NCBI RefSeq assembly: GCF_000372725.1
Contig: NW_005202428.1
Coordinates: forward strand, 2,531,791-2,595,790
Source of the DNA: Emiliania huxleyi CCMP1516
Taxonomy: Eukaryota
Direction: 5' to 3'
Length of the DNA stretch: 64,000 nt
Shown: piece after piece, positions 26,640 to 40,559 of the stretch
How the letters are laid out: every line of letters starts with the position of its first letter
Numbering within the stretch: the stretch's first letter is position 1
Position numbers and translations under genes: made by a program
Notes under the pieces: generated by a model
Seen by the model: only the letters and a program-made list of their open reading frames with translations
Databases searched by the model: none
What the model was told of the DNA's origin: nothing

Positions 26640-26850
26640 CGGTGGCGTTGGTTGCACACAATGCGGTGTGAGTATTCGCAAAACCCATTGAGTGCAGCGG
26701 CTCAGCCCCACGCGCGCGCGCTGCGCGCATTGGCCTTAACGGTGCCTTTTTGTGCGTCATCCTGTCACAGAACCGCCGGCCAATTTTGCCGACGATAGGG
26801 TGACCCCACCCGGGCGGCCGATCCGATCAGCTCGCCGTGGAGTCCGCGGC

Positions 26851-29141
26851 ATGCAAACTGCGCCCGATCAGCCCCCGCGCTCGCCTCTCCGATACGCCCT
26901 CGCCCCCCTCTTCCTCCTTCTCGCGGCGGGAGCAGTCCTCTTGCACCACTCGCTCCAGCCGGAAGAGGCTGCCGGAGTCTTGAGCTCCGTCACGGCAGAG
27001 ACTCTGAGGGGAGTTGGGAAGCAGCCGGCAGGTCCGCAGCCCAATCCGAATCGGCTGATCGTGACGACGGACGCCAGCGGGCCCGCCTCGGCGCAGGCGG
27101 AGCAGTCGGCAGTGATTGCGGGCGGAAGAGTCGACATGCGATTTACAAGCGGTTCCACCACGATCGAGGTCGTCGAGTTTCCGGACAGCAGCACGGCGGC
27201 AGCCTACCGGTACACGGCGGGACGCTCTTCGTGGGCGAGAACCGTCGAGGTGGACCTGCCGCGCTACTCCATCCCCGCAGATCCCAGTCCGGACGCGGGC
27301 CGCCGCCAGCTGGCCGAGTCAACGCCGTGGGGCATCCGCAAGGTGTACGAGGGCCAGGGCGAGGGCCAGGGTGTGCCGGACGCCTCCTACTTCCCCTCAG
27401 AGGTGACGCACCCGGTGTGTATCATCGACTCGGGCTACGCGATAACTCACCCCGACCTCCCCGACGCCACCGCGGCGGACCCCTCGCAAGCCAACCCAGC
27501 CGGGAGATTCTACTTTGGTGCCGACATCTGCGCCCACGGCACGCATGTCGCTGGCACGATCGCTGCGATCGGTGGCAACGGCGAGGGAGTGGTGGGCGTC
27601 TACCCGGGCGCGCCTGACCTGGAGATTGTCAAGGTCTTTGGCGCCTCGGACCTCACTTCCGACGAAAATTCGTGCAACTGGGCCTACTCCTCCACCATCC
27701 TCGCCGCGGTGCAGCACTGTGTTGACAGCGGAGCCAAGATCGTATCGAGTGAGAGAGTAGATCCGCACCGGCCGGAGTTGGATGCGGGTCTTCAGACCTC
27801 CCCCCCTTGACTTTGCGCTCCCGTCGATGCGCCCCTCGCAGTGTCCCTCGGCGGCTCCTACACCATGATGTCCGAGCAGCAAGCGTACCAGAGGTATTTC
27901 GACGACGACGGCATCCTCTTCATTGCCGCCGCCGGCAATGACGGTACCACCGGCTACTCGTACCCAGCGTCGTACTCTGCGGTCATGAGCGTCGGTGCCA
28001 CCGACAGCAGCGACACGCGAGCCTACTTCTCGCAGTACAATGACCAAGTCGACATTGCTGCGCCGGGCGTCAACATCGAGTCCACTTATGGCGCCCCGCG
28101 CGGGACCGAGCCGCCGCCGTTCTCTCCGCCCGCCCACACCGCGGTGATTGGCGACTAGGCGCCGATGGCTACAATGCGATTCAGGGGACCTCCATGGCTA
28201 CGCCCCACGTCTCGGGCGTCGCCATGGTGCTCTGGAACAAGTGTGCTCAATCCACGCCCACGGTTGGGAGCCGGTCGCCGCCCAGGCACCACCTCCCGCG
28301 CCACTCACGTCACAGGTACCCCGCCAGTACCAATACCGACATCCGAGCGGCGCTCGAGGCGGGCGCCACAGACGTGGGCAGCCCGGGCCTCGACGACGAG
28401 TACGGCCATGGCATCGTCAACTATTGGGCCGCCGTGCTGGAGCTGATAGGGGGGCCTCCTCACCCACCGCCGTCGCCCCGCCCGCCCCCCGCCCCACCCG
28501 CGATGCCGTGCAAGATGTTCACGGCCATCGTGAAGACCGACCAATGGCCGACGGAGACGCGGTACACCGTCACCAGGAGCACTACGGACGGCGACGAAGT
28601 CGTCGTCCAAAAAGGCCCGTTCAGCCTCCAAAACACCAGGTATTCCTGGGAGGAGTGCATTGACCAGGACGCCTGCACCTTCACCATCTACGACAGCTAC
28701 GGCGACGGCTTGGAGGCGGGAGGCTACTACTCCGTCCTCATCGATGGCGTGGAGGTTGGGTCCGGTGGCAGCTTTAACCAAGAGGACATAATCCACCTGT
28801 GCCGCGGCGGCGGTGGGCTCTGCCCCGAGCCTTGGTTCACAGCCTCTTGCTCCCTGAGCATCCTGACGATCGCACTCATCGGATGCGCCGGAGTTGTGGC
28901 CTTGCTGTGCACCGCCGGCTTGGTGTGGATGGCCTGCAAGGCCGCCGCCAGCGCGCCCGAGCCACCGGTGAAGGGAGGAACGCGCAACTCGGCGGCGGTG
29001 GCGCGGGCGTCGGCGGCCAGCGGCGTGAGGGGGAGCGCCGCCGGGGGACCGCTGGGCCACCACGCCGCCGCTGGCTCCGCGGTGCGGCCATCGGCGGCGA
29101 GCAGCCGCGCCTCGGCAAAGGTGTACCCCAACCCGGGATGA
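26851..29141 (+). CDS. Subtilisin-like serine protease (S8) with C-terminal accessory domain and TM helix, multi-exon
   Basis: Catalytic triad motifs IIDSG, HGTHVAGTI and GTSMATPHVSG, plus AAAGN. C-terminal FTIYDSYGDG domain and hydrophobic SILTIALIGCAGVVALLC segment. Confidence 0.92.
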
Positions 29142-30690
29142 CGACGCGCCGGCGCATGTGACACATGAACTGTGCGCTGGCGGCGACCGCGGAAGACGGT
29201 TGGAAGGAGAAGGAGGACAGGAGGAGGGGTTGCCGCCGTGGGGGTCGCAGGGGGCTTAGGGTTAGGCATGGGGTGGGCCCTTTTGCAGGCGCGCCGCGCC
29301 GTCGCGCGTGTAAAACGTATTGTCTCTATTGACATGAGGCGCAAAAGGGCCGCAGTTAGCGCGCCCCGGGCGGCCCGGCGGCCGCTGTGCTGAGCGGCGC
29401 TATGTAGCTCTGCGCACGCACGCACGCTCGAACGCACACACGGGAGCCTGGCGTGGGGTATAACAACTAACGTGGGGCGGCCAGGTTTGAGATAGACTCG
29501 GTCGAAAGACCCCAGATTGGCACCCGTGCCTCTCTGGATTGAGAGAGAGATTTTTGAAGACCAACAAGAAATCACGACTGACACAGTGATTTGGGCTCGG
29601 CAGCTTGTTAGCCCTCAGCCGAAGCTGGGGCCGGTCCCGTACGCCGTAGCCAAGAGAGCCCGCGCCGATGAGTTCGACGCGGTCGGGGGGCCTTGCGGAG
29701 AGGCCAGCGAGGTGGATTGATGGGAAGGCGAAACACAGTCCGACCAACGACTGGGACACCAACGCGGTATTATGGGTGGACGCAGCTCGCAGGACGGGCG
29801 GTGACGGTCACACAGGAGCGACACACAGAACCACCCAGACAAGACACTCAGCCAACGTGGCTGGCACACATCCTGAGCAACTTCCCTAGTCACCCGCGGC
29901 CGGACTCCATCCGGCACGCATCAGGGTGGCCCGTCACAACGACCACTGGGATCGCGACTCGCCGCTTGCCTTCCTCCCACTGTGAATTTTGTGTGAGCTC
30001 TCAGAGAGAGATTTTTTGTGAAGAGAGAGATTTAGTCGTCGATCGAGAGAGTACGTAAAGTACAGTTGCCGTCCAGAAGAGATTTCGCCAAGAGAGGGGT
30101 ACTTCCTACCCACAGAAAAAGGGGGATGGAGCGGAGGATCCTCCGGTCCTTTTTCAAGGTGTTTTACGGAGCCTTTTTCCCTGGAGCGGTGAGCCCATAG
30201 GGGGTCTCCCCCCGCCCCTTACGACCTAGCCACCCGCGCGGACCCTGCGTCGCGCGCGCGCACCGCAGTGCGCAGAGAAGGCCCCTCGGGTCGCCCGAGA
30301 ACGCATGCCCCGGTCTGTCCCCCCGCCCCCCCTCGTCCCCCACATTGCACATGTCGTGAGGCGCAGGAGTGCTAAGCACGGGCGAGCCGCTCCCCTCAGT
30401 GCCACCCCTCGCGCCGAGCCACTACGTTTTTCGTACTCTGTGTCTCTGTCACAGGAACAGAGATTTTTTGATTTTATTCTCGTGATGAATTGAGAGAAGA
30501 TGTCAGACGGATGAGACACCGCACGGACGAGCTGAGAGAGTGAGAGAGCGGAGAGTAGTCATAAATAAATAAATAAACAAAAATAAAAATACGGACACCG
30601 CTACTGTGAGATGGGTAAAAACTAAGAGAGTAGTCAGTAGAGAGAGAGAGAACACGAATTGATCGGAGCGGAATACGAAGTCGACAAAAC

Positions 30691-31140
30691 AACTCCTACG
30701 CCTTCGGCAACACCGAAGAGAAGGCCCGCCGCCTAAACATGGGCTGCAAGGCGCGCGGGCAGCCCGGCCAACCCTTCGACCACAAGAACGGCCACGGCTA
30801 CGTCAAGGCGCATCGCGGTTTCTACCACGACGCGATCTTTTGTCAAGCGCAACAACTTCAACCTGCTGCTCCACGAGACGTTCGGCGGCGGCTTCTCGCC
30901 CACCGCCGTTCTCAAGCAGTTCTCAAGCTGCGCCGCCTCGCGCGCAAAGTCGCGCGCGGCAGCGTCGACCGCACGGCCTACTCGCCCAAGTACTCGCTTT
31001 CTTTTATGTCCCACCATGCAGAGCGCATTTCTCTCTCTGAGGCTTGTATCTTTAAGAATTCTCTCTCTGTTGTGCGAGGCGTGAACCGCGCCATTCGCTC
31101 TCACCTGGCAACCCTGTCTGCACGTCTCGCGCGCGCGTGA
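30691..31140 (+). pseudogene. Degenerate 3' fragment of a retroelement-like ORF (possibly the restriction-like endonuclease tail of a non-LTR retrotransposon)
   Basis: AFGNTEE...PFDHKNGHGYV...YHDAIF, then a frameshift to LLLHETFGGGFSP, then LRRLAR...DRTAY...SHHAERIS. Frameshifts, a local duplication and no start. The family assignment is from motif resemblance only. Confidence 0.45.
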
Positions 31141-31402
31141 ACAGGGCTCCAGGCCCCAAATGACGTGTGAGTGTTAGAGTTGTTTGGTATTGCTAAAAAT
31201 CTCTCTCTCTCGAAGTCGAAGATTCCGCGCCGGAGAACTCTCCACCCTGTGCAGCGGCGCGCTCCGCGCGTGTTCTGCAGCGGCGCGCTCCGCGCGTGTC
31301 TGCTACCGACGGCGGCGGCGGTGGCGCTGATCCAGCTGTCGATGACATGCCGGCATTTAGTGTACGGTCGGAGAAGGGACGATCTTCCGTGAAAAAAAAA
31401 CC

Positions 31403-33611
31403 ATGGCCAAGTCGGTCCAGGCGTCGAGGATGAGGCCTCCCCTCTCTCCGCAAGCCTTCGTCGCGCAGTCGCGCGCGGCCTTCCTCGCCGGTCCGTCGGC
31501 CGGCGCCACCGCCTCCGCCACAGTCTGGGTGGGCAACGTCGCGGGTGACCTCGACACCATCGTGTCTGCCGTCTGTGCAGCCTACTGCCGGCAGGTGCAG
31601 GGCGCCGAACCGGCCTCACGGCAGCACGTGCCGCTCGTGCCCTTCCCGCGGCCCGATTTTCGGCTGCGGCAGGACGCGTGCCTCCTCTTCCGCCACTGCG
31701 GCTTTGACTTTGACTCCGAGGGCGCCGTGGAGAGCCTCCTCTACTTTCCCGACGAGGCGGCGGCGCCGGCAGAGGCGTGGCGCGGCGCGGGCGCACTCTC
31801 GGTGGCGCTGACCGACCACAACCGGCTGGCGGAGCACTTTGCCGCCTCGCTCGGCGATGTCGTCGTCGAGGTGATCGACCACCACAGCGACGAGCGCGCG
31901 CACCTCTCCTCGTCCGGAGGCGCGCGGCTGATCGACACCTCTGCCGGCGCATCCGCCTCGCCCCCCGGCAGGACCGAGGCCTGGCGCGAGGGACGCGAGT
32001 GGCGTGAGGCGCAGCCTTGCCTGCCGTAGGCTCCGCCTGCTCCCTCGTCTCTGAGCTGCTCCCGCCCGACCCGCCGCACCTCCTCTGCGTGCTGCTGCTC
32101 GGCGCTATCGCGGCCGACACGCGCGGCTTCGACGCGGCGCAGCAAAAGTTCGTCGGGCGCGACGTGGCGGCGGTGCGGCGGCTGATGGCGCTGCTGTCGG
32201 CGGCTGATGTCGGCGGCGGCGGCGAGGCGGGAGAGGCGGGTGCGGGAGAGGTGGGTGCGGGAGAGGCGGGCGTGGGGAGAGCGGAGGTCGAGGCGGCGGC
32301 AGCGGACTTGCGCGGTGCGGCGCTTCCGGCTGCTGCGGCGGTGGGCGGCGCGGCCACGTTCGGCGAGCTGGCGGCGAGGCTGCTCGACGCGCGGTACGAC
32401 GTCTCCTCGCTCGACGTGCACGACCTGCTCCGGCTCGACTACAAGCAGGCGCCGAGAGGACCCGAGAGGACCCGAGAGGACCCGACCCGAGAGGACCCGA
32501 GAGGACCCGAGAGGACCCGAGAGGACCCGAGAGGACCCGAGAGGACCCGAGAGGACTGCTCCGGCTCGGCTACAAGCAGGCGCGGCCGGGCGTGGGGCAG
32601 GGAAGGGGCAGGGTCGGGGCAGGGTCGACGATGGGCGTCCGAGAGCACCTCGCTGCAGCCTCTCCGAAGCTACACAGCACTCTCCGAAGCTACACAGCAC
32701 TCTCCGAAGCGTGCCGGCCTCTCCCCAGGCGCGCGCGGGCGAGCTGGAGGTTGGTGTCTGCGCCGTCTTTGTGCCCCTGCGCGAGCTGATTGCGAGGGCG
32801 GGCGGAGGCGGTGCGCTCTCCGCGGCGATGGCGGCATTTGGCGCGCTTCTCTCCTCCACCGCCTCTCCTCCCTGCCGCCTCTCTCCCCTTCTCCGCCGCC
32901 TCTCCCCGCCATCGCCGCCTCCCTTCCACTGCTTCCTCCGCTACCTCGCATCTGCTCCCCTCGCGAATGATTCCTTCGCGACTGCCCCTCCCCTGTGGTA
33001 CCTCCCCTGTGGTGGCGCCGCACCCTTCTCCGGACGCGTCCACGACACGTCCCGCGGCACGACTGCAGGCGGGCGGAGCGGTGTCGACGTGCTGTTCGCT
33101 CTCTCCGCCGAGGACCGCGCCGCGGGCGGGTCGGGCCTCAAGGGGGTCAGTGTGGTGCCCCTCACCCCAGGGGGGAGAGGCGCGGCGGCGGCGCTCGCGT
33201 CAGCCCTCGAGGCGGCGCCGGAGGGCCTCCCCCCCTCGCTCGCCTCGCAGCCCCTCTTTGTCAAGCAGCAGCTCGGTGGGCAGAGAGATGCGCGGAGAGA
33301 GGCCGCTTGGAGCGAGAGAGCTGCTCCGCCTCACCTTGCTCTTTACACGCGGGCACAGCCAGCGCCGCCCGGGCCGCTGCCCCTGCGCCGCCGCTGCCCC
33401 TGCGCCGCGGCACGCCGCACGACCCGCAGCCCCGTGGCGCCGCCTGTCCGCAGGGACCGACGGGTTTGGCATCGGGTTTGAGGACGCCGACGCCGCCTCC
33501 GGGCTGCGCGTCTCGCCGCTGCGCAACGCCGTCTCTCGCAAGACCTTCCTGCCCACGGTGCTGCACTTTGCGGAGCAGCACCAGCAGGCGGCGTCGGGAC
33601 GAGGGTGTTGA
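31403..33611 (+). CDS. Exopolyphosphatase Prune/PPX1 (DHH family), multi-exon
   Basis: GNVAGDLDTIVSA, LTDHN, VIDHH, VGSACSLV, AIAADT, LRLDYK and SRK motifs. Confidence 0.88.
32455..32555. repeat. Intronic 10-nt tandem repeat (GAGGACCCGA)n
   Basis: Read directly; bracketed by a duplicated exon end CTGCTCCGGCTCG(A/G)CTACAAGCAGGCGC. Confidence 0.9.
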
Positions 33612-33840
33612 ACCTCCATCGGACTCGCCGACGGTAGCTTTGTTGCAGCCTCACGCTCTGCCACTCGCCCGTCCATCCACCTCTGTCGAAAGAAAGAAAA
33701 CAGATCGCGCACGGGAGGTATGGGTGTAAACCGCAAAGAAATATAGCAGGGATCTCCGGGACAGATGGGCGACGCACGAACCCGAGGGCGAGGCACAGCG
33801 GACAGCGCGCACCCCCACATCGTTCTTCGTTGCTGTGTAG

Positions 33841-34826
33841 CTGAGCCCTGGCGGGTCTGACAGACTGACAGCAAACCCGCCCGGACAGCGCCTGACAGTG
33901 CCCGACAGCCTGACAGCGCTGACAGCACTTTCTCTGACAGTCTGACAGCACGTATCTGACAGCCTGACAGCAGAGCCTGACAGGCGAGGTGACCCGTCGC
34001 TGTCAGGCCCTAACGTGACAGCCTGACAGCTGCCTGACAGCCCGACAGCACACAGTGGCCTGACAGCAGCACAGACCGTACACAGACCCCGTAGAGCCTC
34101 TTTCTTATGCCCCATGAGGGTATAACAAAATTACATGCAAAGACATGACATGTGAGTGTGGTCCATGTAGTCATGGGATGGTCATGGGTCTCTCTTTCAA
34201 CCCTCCCGCCCCACCTCTGCGGACCCCTCTCCAGCACCGGCGGCTGTGCTACTACAAATGAAGCTACCAGCTAGCCTTCTGGGGCCCTACAGTCATATGC
34301 CTACGGCGTCTGGGTGGGGGTGGCCGCCGCCGTCTGTGCCGCCGCCGCCGCCTGTGCCTCTGCGCCGCCATCTGCGCTCCCCAGGCGGCCGCCGCCGCCG
34401 GCGTGATCACGCCGTGTAGGAGGGGGGGTAGCTGCGTAGCCGCCGGCGTCATCGGCGTCAGCACCCCCTTGATAGTCAGCGCCCTCTTGATAGTGTCATA
34501 AGTGTGGCTGATGTGTGTCAGAGCCTGACAGCACCCCGACAGCGCACCACCTGACAGCACCTGACAGCAACAGCCCAACGTCTAACAGCAGCAGCAGCCT
34601 GACAGCTCTGACAGCTCCGACAGCGTCTGACAGCAACACCCGACAGCTCCGACAGCACCCGACAGCTACAGATCACCTCGCCTGTCAGACACGCACCCGA
34701 CAGCACCTGACAGCACTGACAGCACCTGACAGCTGGTCTGACAGAGGCACCTGACAGTGCCTGACAGTGCCCGACAGCCCGACAGATCACCTGACAGCAC
34801 CTGACAGCCTGACAGCCAGGGCTCAG
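33841..34826. mobile_element. Non-autonomous DNA transposon, 12-bp TIR CTGAGCCCTGGC, 8-bp TSD CTGTGTAG, dense (C)TGACAG subterminal arrays
   Basis: TSD at 33833-33840 and 34827-34834. TIR partner GCCAGGGCTCAG at 34815-34826. Dozens of TGACAG/CGACAG copies at 33858-34070 and 34515-34816. Confidence 0.88.
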
Positions 34827-35204
34827 CTGTGTAGTGGCGCCACAATGGCCGCCTCCCGTCGCGCCATTGGCACCCTAGCCAGCAGTAGCACCGGAGGCAA
34901 CACCACCAAGCCCACAAGTCACAAGAGTGACGGAGATCGGCTTGCCACGAGCACCGTGACGCCCGACCCTGTGGGCATGCCTGCAATGGCAATTTCATTT
35001 CAGAGATTTGGTTGTTTGTCAATTTCAGCCCGAACCGAGGGTACCGAGCTCGTTTCTCGAAAGGTCTTCCGTCGACTTCCGCGAAATTGGCCTCAACCAC
35101 CGCTCTGAGTAGATTAAAATTACCACGCTATCTCCTAACATCCCTGTGTGGGAGGACGGCGTGCGTCCTGCGCGAGTTTTTTTCTCTTTTCTACGAAGGT
35201 TCCG

Positions 35205-37048
35205 ATGAAGGTCTGCAACATGAGGAGTGCTACTTCGTTACGGTCCGCGGCCCAACCGGTGGAGGACATCAACTTCAGGCGCGGTGAGAGCTATCCATCC
35301 ATCCAGGAGGCAACAACCTCGACGACCGAGGCTGCCTCAGTCACGTCATCCACCCAGGAGGCAACAGACGAGCTGTACGTGAGTGAGGCGGGACAGGAGG
35401 CGGACGACGGCGCCGGCTGCGCCGCCTCTCTTGACCCCGACATCCTCTGCTCCATCTGCCTCGACTTCCTGTTCGAGCCTCTCACGCTGAAGTGCCGCCA
35501 CAGCTTCTGCCGCCTCTGCCTACTCCAGGCCTCGCGGCTCGCGCCCGATGGCGGCGCCTGTCCGCAGTGCCGCGCGGAAATTAGCTTCGACCCAAAGACA
35601 CACGCCCTCGACCAAGGGCTTGCCGCAAAGATCGAGGAGGCAGTACCTCCGGATGAGCTGGAGGCGCGGCGAGCCCACACCACCGCCACGCTGGAGAAGA
35701 TGGCGGCGGCGAACAGCGGGCCCTATCCACTCTTTGTCATGCGAGGATCCGAACGTGGCACGGCTGCGACATTCGGAGCCAGACCTTGGGCAACCGCCGC
35801 CCTCTCAGCCTCTCCTGCCTTCGAGTAGGCTTTGCACCGGGGGCAACAGTCTCGCTCCACTTTTTCGAGCCGCGCTACCGGCTTCTGGCGCGGCGCGCCT
35901 GGGAGGGAGACCGCAGGCTTCCGCCTAGATGCCGTAGTCGACCTGGCAGTCGCACTCACGCGGTGCTCTGAATGCGCTGCACGATGCCGCGTCCACGCCC
36001 CCAGCCGTTTTCATGCGCCAGGTTTCTGTGGGCGCAGTCCGAGCCGACCGCGCCGGGCGAGGCCGGGCTCCAGCCGCAGGCGGCGCTGCTGGTGGTGCTG
36101 GAAAGCGCACGCTTCCGCGCCGGAGGGGAGGCGGCTTGGTGCCGTGTGGGGAGGCTCCGGAGGGGGGGTGCACAGCACGAGCTTCCTCCGGCGCCGTAGG
36201 CGGACGTGAGGGGGCGCGGCGAGGCGCTGGTGCGGCTGGGCCGCTCCTACGTCGAGGCCGGGTCGGGCGGGCTTTGGCTCGCGACGGTCGACGAGTCCGC
36301 CCGCCCCTCCTCCGCGCTGCCGCGAGCCTCCCCCCCTCCCGGCTCTGCCGACCCCTCTATGCTGGAGGGCACCGCCCAGCGGCTGAGGGACGCGATCGCT
36401 CGCGGCGCGCCGGCGTACAATCGCGGGCAAGCGAGGCGGTGCGCCGACATCTACTTACGTGCGGCGCGGGAGGAGCTGCGCGTGAGCGGCGCAGCGAGCT
36501 GTGTGCTCTTGACAGCTCTCTCGAGCACCTCTCTCTGTGGTGAGGCTTGCTCACCTCGCCCTTTTAGGCGCGCGGCTGGTTCGCGACTCGCTGCAGGTCT
36601 CGCGGCGAGAGGGGGGAGGGGAGGGGAAGGGGAGGGGAAGGGAGGGGGGGGGGGAGGGGGAGGGGGAGGGGAGGGGAGGGGCGTCTCTCACGTCGCGAGA
36701 GACTTGGTAGGAGGCGGTGGCAAGCGCCGAGTCGCTGCTGCGCGAGGACTCCCCTGCTCCCCTGCCCCGAAGTATTCAAACTCGACCCATTGTGTGGGCA
36801 GCTCATGTCTCGCCCCGCCGCAGGCGGAGGAGGCGGACGGTGGACATGCGAGGGAGCGAAAGGAGAAGGCGGCGGCGTGGGCTTTGCGCCATGCCTTTGA
36901 CCATGTGTTCGCTCCGCTCTCCCTCAAGGCCGTCCCTCACGGCCGCCGCCCGACAACTCCTACCGCGGCATTGCCCCCTCCTCAGGTGCTCACGTGGATC
37001 GCGTACGACAGCATGCCCAGCGGTTGCACGGGGTGCAGCGTCTGCTGA
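35205..37048 (+). CDS. RING finger + LON substrate-binding domain protein (LONRF-like) with C-terminal helical domain, multi-exon
   Basis: C3HC4 RING CSICLDFLFEPLTLKCRHSFCRLC...CPQCR; YPLFVM; PGATVSLHFFEPRYRLLARRA; C-terminal DAIARGAPAYNRGQARRCADIY. Confidence 0.8.
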
Positions 37049-37665
37049 GGGGTTCGATGCGTCAAGGTAATGGAAGAGAGAGCGCGCGGGGCGGCGAGTC
37101 GCCGCGCAGCGATCGGTCGCCGAACACACTGACTCGCTCCTTCCACGCGGACAGTGATCGTTTCCGTGCGGGCGCAATATACACAATCATTCCATTTTTA
37201 ACCTCTCTCTGGCCGCTCTGCGTCGAGATATAGTGTTGACTCTCCTTAGAGAGCGGATGCGTCGAGAGACGAGACGAGCGTCGGTGTGGCGTGTGTGTGT
37301 ACGAGATTCTTCTGTAGGCCATTATTACGTTGGCTCAGCCACAACACCACGCACGCACATGACACACGGCACAGACACGAGACTTTGACACCAGAGACAC
37401 CGCGGACACCGAAGACCGATCAGGATCACCGACACCTCGTCGCATGTATCATGGGGCGTGGGCGGCACAGCCGATAGCGAGAAACCCGGCGCCGGCCATG
37501 TCTGGCGTTGTGGCGTTGCTTCAGACACCACGACGAGCCGCCCCGTCCTGATGACAAGCGGACACCCTTATGACCTCGCGTTGTCGGCCAGCACGGGTGC
37601 CGCGCCACGCTGCCCCCAGCCTCGTCACCGACCCTCGCCGTGAAGTCGCCCCTGCGCGGCGTGGC

Positions 37666-38621
37666 CTAGGGGCTCGGATCAGCGGGCGAGGACGAGTAGG
37701 CCGTCCGCTCGCGCGCGGCGGCCGGCCGGCCCTCGATGCGCGCGAGCACGTCGTCGAGCGAGTCGCGCAGCGCGAGGCTGGCGCCCGCCTCCCTCATCTC
37801 GCGGAGCACCTGCTCGTTGAGCCCGCCCGGGGTCTGCTCCTCGACGAGCGAGGCAAAGGTGTCCGGGCCCGGCGTGGCGGAGTCGTACGAGACGGTGTGG
37901 TAGACGGCGCCCACCCACCTCGCTGCTGCGCCCGCGTCCACGCCCTGCTCCTGCAGCCAGCTCTGTGCGGCGAGCTGCTGCGCGTAGAGCTGGCCCATCA
38001 GGCAGGTGATGCCAATCATCTTTCGCATCTCCTCCTCGCTGTCCACCTCGACGACGGTGCCGAGCTTGGAGAACAGCGCCGCCACCGGCGCGTGCCGCGG
38101 CGTCATGACGCATGCGCCCCGCTGCTTTGCGACGGGCGGCAGCGGGATGGCTCGCACGACCGACGCGGGCGGCACGGGCGCACAGCATGCCCGCACCTGG
38201 ACACAGGGGAACGGGCGCGCGCGATGGTGCGTCGGGAGGCGGGAGACTCGGCCTCCCTGGCGCAGGGGAGGGAGCGAGGGACAGCGAGGAGGCGGCGGTC
38301 GCGTCGCCGCGCCTCGGCTAGCGGCATTGTGGAGAGGAGCGAGACGACCGTGTGCCTCTCGCTGAAGCGGAGGGCGCGCAGGACCTCCTCGCCAAGCCGC
38401 GGGAGCACGCCGACAAATACCACGTCGGACGCGTCCACCACCGCCTGGTTGTCCTTGGCCACCGTCACGAGCGGCCCAAACTCGGCGCTGAGCTCTGCGG
38501 CGCGGGCGGCGCCGCGCGGCGAGAGGACGAGCGACTTTGGTGGCGCGGGCAGCGTGGCGATGCCGCGAACGATGGCCGCGTTCATCGTGCCGACGCCAAC
38601 GAAGCCGAAGGAATACTCCAT
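37666..38621 (-). CDS. Pyrroline-5-carboxylate reductase family protein, 2 exons
   Basis: Rossmann motif FGFVGVGTM, DNQAVVDASDVVFVGVLP, VRAIPLP and C-terminal EQTPGGLNEQ. Confidence 0.85.
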
Positions 38622-38973
38622 GGGGCGCGGCCTGCTGCCTAATGCGGCGGGATTGCAGAAGAATTCATACGACCGTCATCACTCGTTCCCTTGGGTTACC
38701 TGTCCCCCTGATCGTCCTTCCAAAATCCTGCTCGTGCAGGTGGGGACCCTGTCCTCCTCCCCCATCCCTCGTTTGGGTTGTCTGTTTTGTTTTTTTCTTT
38801 TTTTCTTTCTTTCTTTTCCTTGTCGTGCCAGTGTGCTGTGAGAGAGGCTTGTATCTTAAGAATTCTTTTCCCTTGCGCCTTGGGTTGTCTATTTTCTTTC
38901 TTTCTTTTTCTCGTTCCCTTCGCGAATGGGTTTATCTTTGCGGGAGACATAAGAGCCCCCGCCGCTGATATCG

Positions 38974-40268
38974 CTATCGCATCCACTCAATTTGGGGCAC
39001 CGCTGCATCGAGCGCGCTCCTCAACGCAGGGCTCGAGCTGTGGGCGAGGCAGCCCGCCGCGGCGATGCGGCGATAGAGCGCCTCGTCACGGACGTAGAAG
39101 CGTCTAAGCGCCTGACAAGAAGGGAAAGGGAGGGGCAGGCTGTGGCTGACCCAGAGGTCTACAGGGAGACGAAGTGGCTGGATTGAGCGCCTCCCACGGC
39201 AGGCTGGCGCGGAATCGCTTCATGCGCGACCATGAGTGGTGCACGTTCATGTGCATCGACGGGATCATCCGCGGGTCGCCGTGGAGCGCGCCAAGAGCAG
39301 CCGTCGTGTGGTTATGCAGCTCGGTGGCGCAGACAAGCCAGTGCTCCTCCAGCCAGATGTCGCCAAGCCAGCCCGACTGCAGGTCGGGCTGTGAAAAGTA
39401 GTCGAGCTGCCTCTCAGCGTTGCTAAGGTTGGCGCTGACTCCAAACCAAGAGGCCCGCCTACAGGAACGCACGCACGGGGGTAGGCGCGTTTGTCAGAAC
39501 ATCTCCAGCGACGGCGGGCGCGCGCGCACAAGAGGTCGGAGACCGTTGTCCTACTCTCCAGCCCGCGAATGTGAATCGTGTGACTGTCACTGTGGGCCCC
39601 GCCTTAAGGTAGGCGCCCTGGCCGGCAGCGGGCGGATCGGTGCCCAGCAGGGCCGAGGCACCACTGTTGCATCGCTGAATAGAACCATGCCTGAGGTTCG
39701 CGCACGCTCGCCATGTAGACCCGGGGGACAGTAGACGCCCGAAGCAGGCGCTTCATGTTGAAAAAGGGACGCTCCACCACCGCCACGTCGATTCGCCTGA
39801 TGAGAGTGCCACCCAGCTTTCTTGGCAGAGTTGTGCCCGCCGAACCACAGGCCTGCCGCACCTGAGGCAGGCAACGCTGCGCGGGCATGCACAGATGGGC
39901 AGACCGCCGGTCCCTGAAACAAATGGATGGGGGAATCACCCACGTGTGTGTCTCGGAGTCGGATATGGTCATGGTTCAGGAAGGTGCCAATGTTGCATGC
40001 AGCCACGTTGGAGCGCCAAAGCCCGTGTCCAATGCTCGAGCCACCTGTGAGGGCGTTCCCTGTTTTTACCGTGCGTGGGCCGGTGCGGATGTGCTGCGGG
40101 CCGGCGGGATGGGCGTCGCCAGTCTTGGGAATGTGGACAACGGCAATACGCCATTCGGACACCGACAACGGCGTCGCCTAATCCAACGGGCCAAACGGTG
40201 GCGGTGTGTGTGCGCCCGATCTGTCTGATCGATGATGAGGCGAAGCCTTTCCAAAGCAGCCGCCGCAT
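38974..40268 (-). CDS. Sulfotransferase-fold protein, multi-exon, boundaries uncertain
   Basis: RIAVVHIPKTG|GSS, resembling the 5'-PAPS-binding loop, split by an intron. Terminal exon DEALYRRIAAAGCL. Confidence 0.42.
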
Positions 40269-40559
40269 GACTGATTGGCAAACGAGTCTGACCTCGGGCT
40301 TTGGCTGTGCTTGCCCATCCCCGTAGAGGGTCCTCTCACCTGATGGGGTGTGGGGTGTGGGGGCGCTTGAGCCCGCAACGATTGCGCAGTTGTTTGCGCT
40401 CTGAAAAGTGGTCGAAAGTGGGGAACCAAACTTTCCTTTCTGTTTTAGGTAGATACGTACTTTTTTCTTTAGGTATGTTGTTGGCAAACCAAGACACAGA
40501 GCTCACACAGGATCACAGCGGGAGGTAGGTAGGTAGAAAGGTGAAGAACAGCCAGGCTC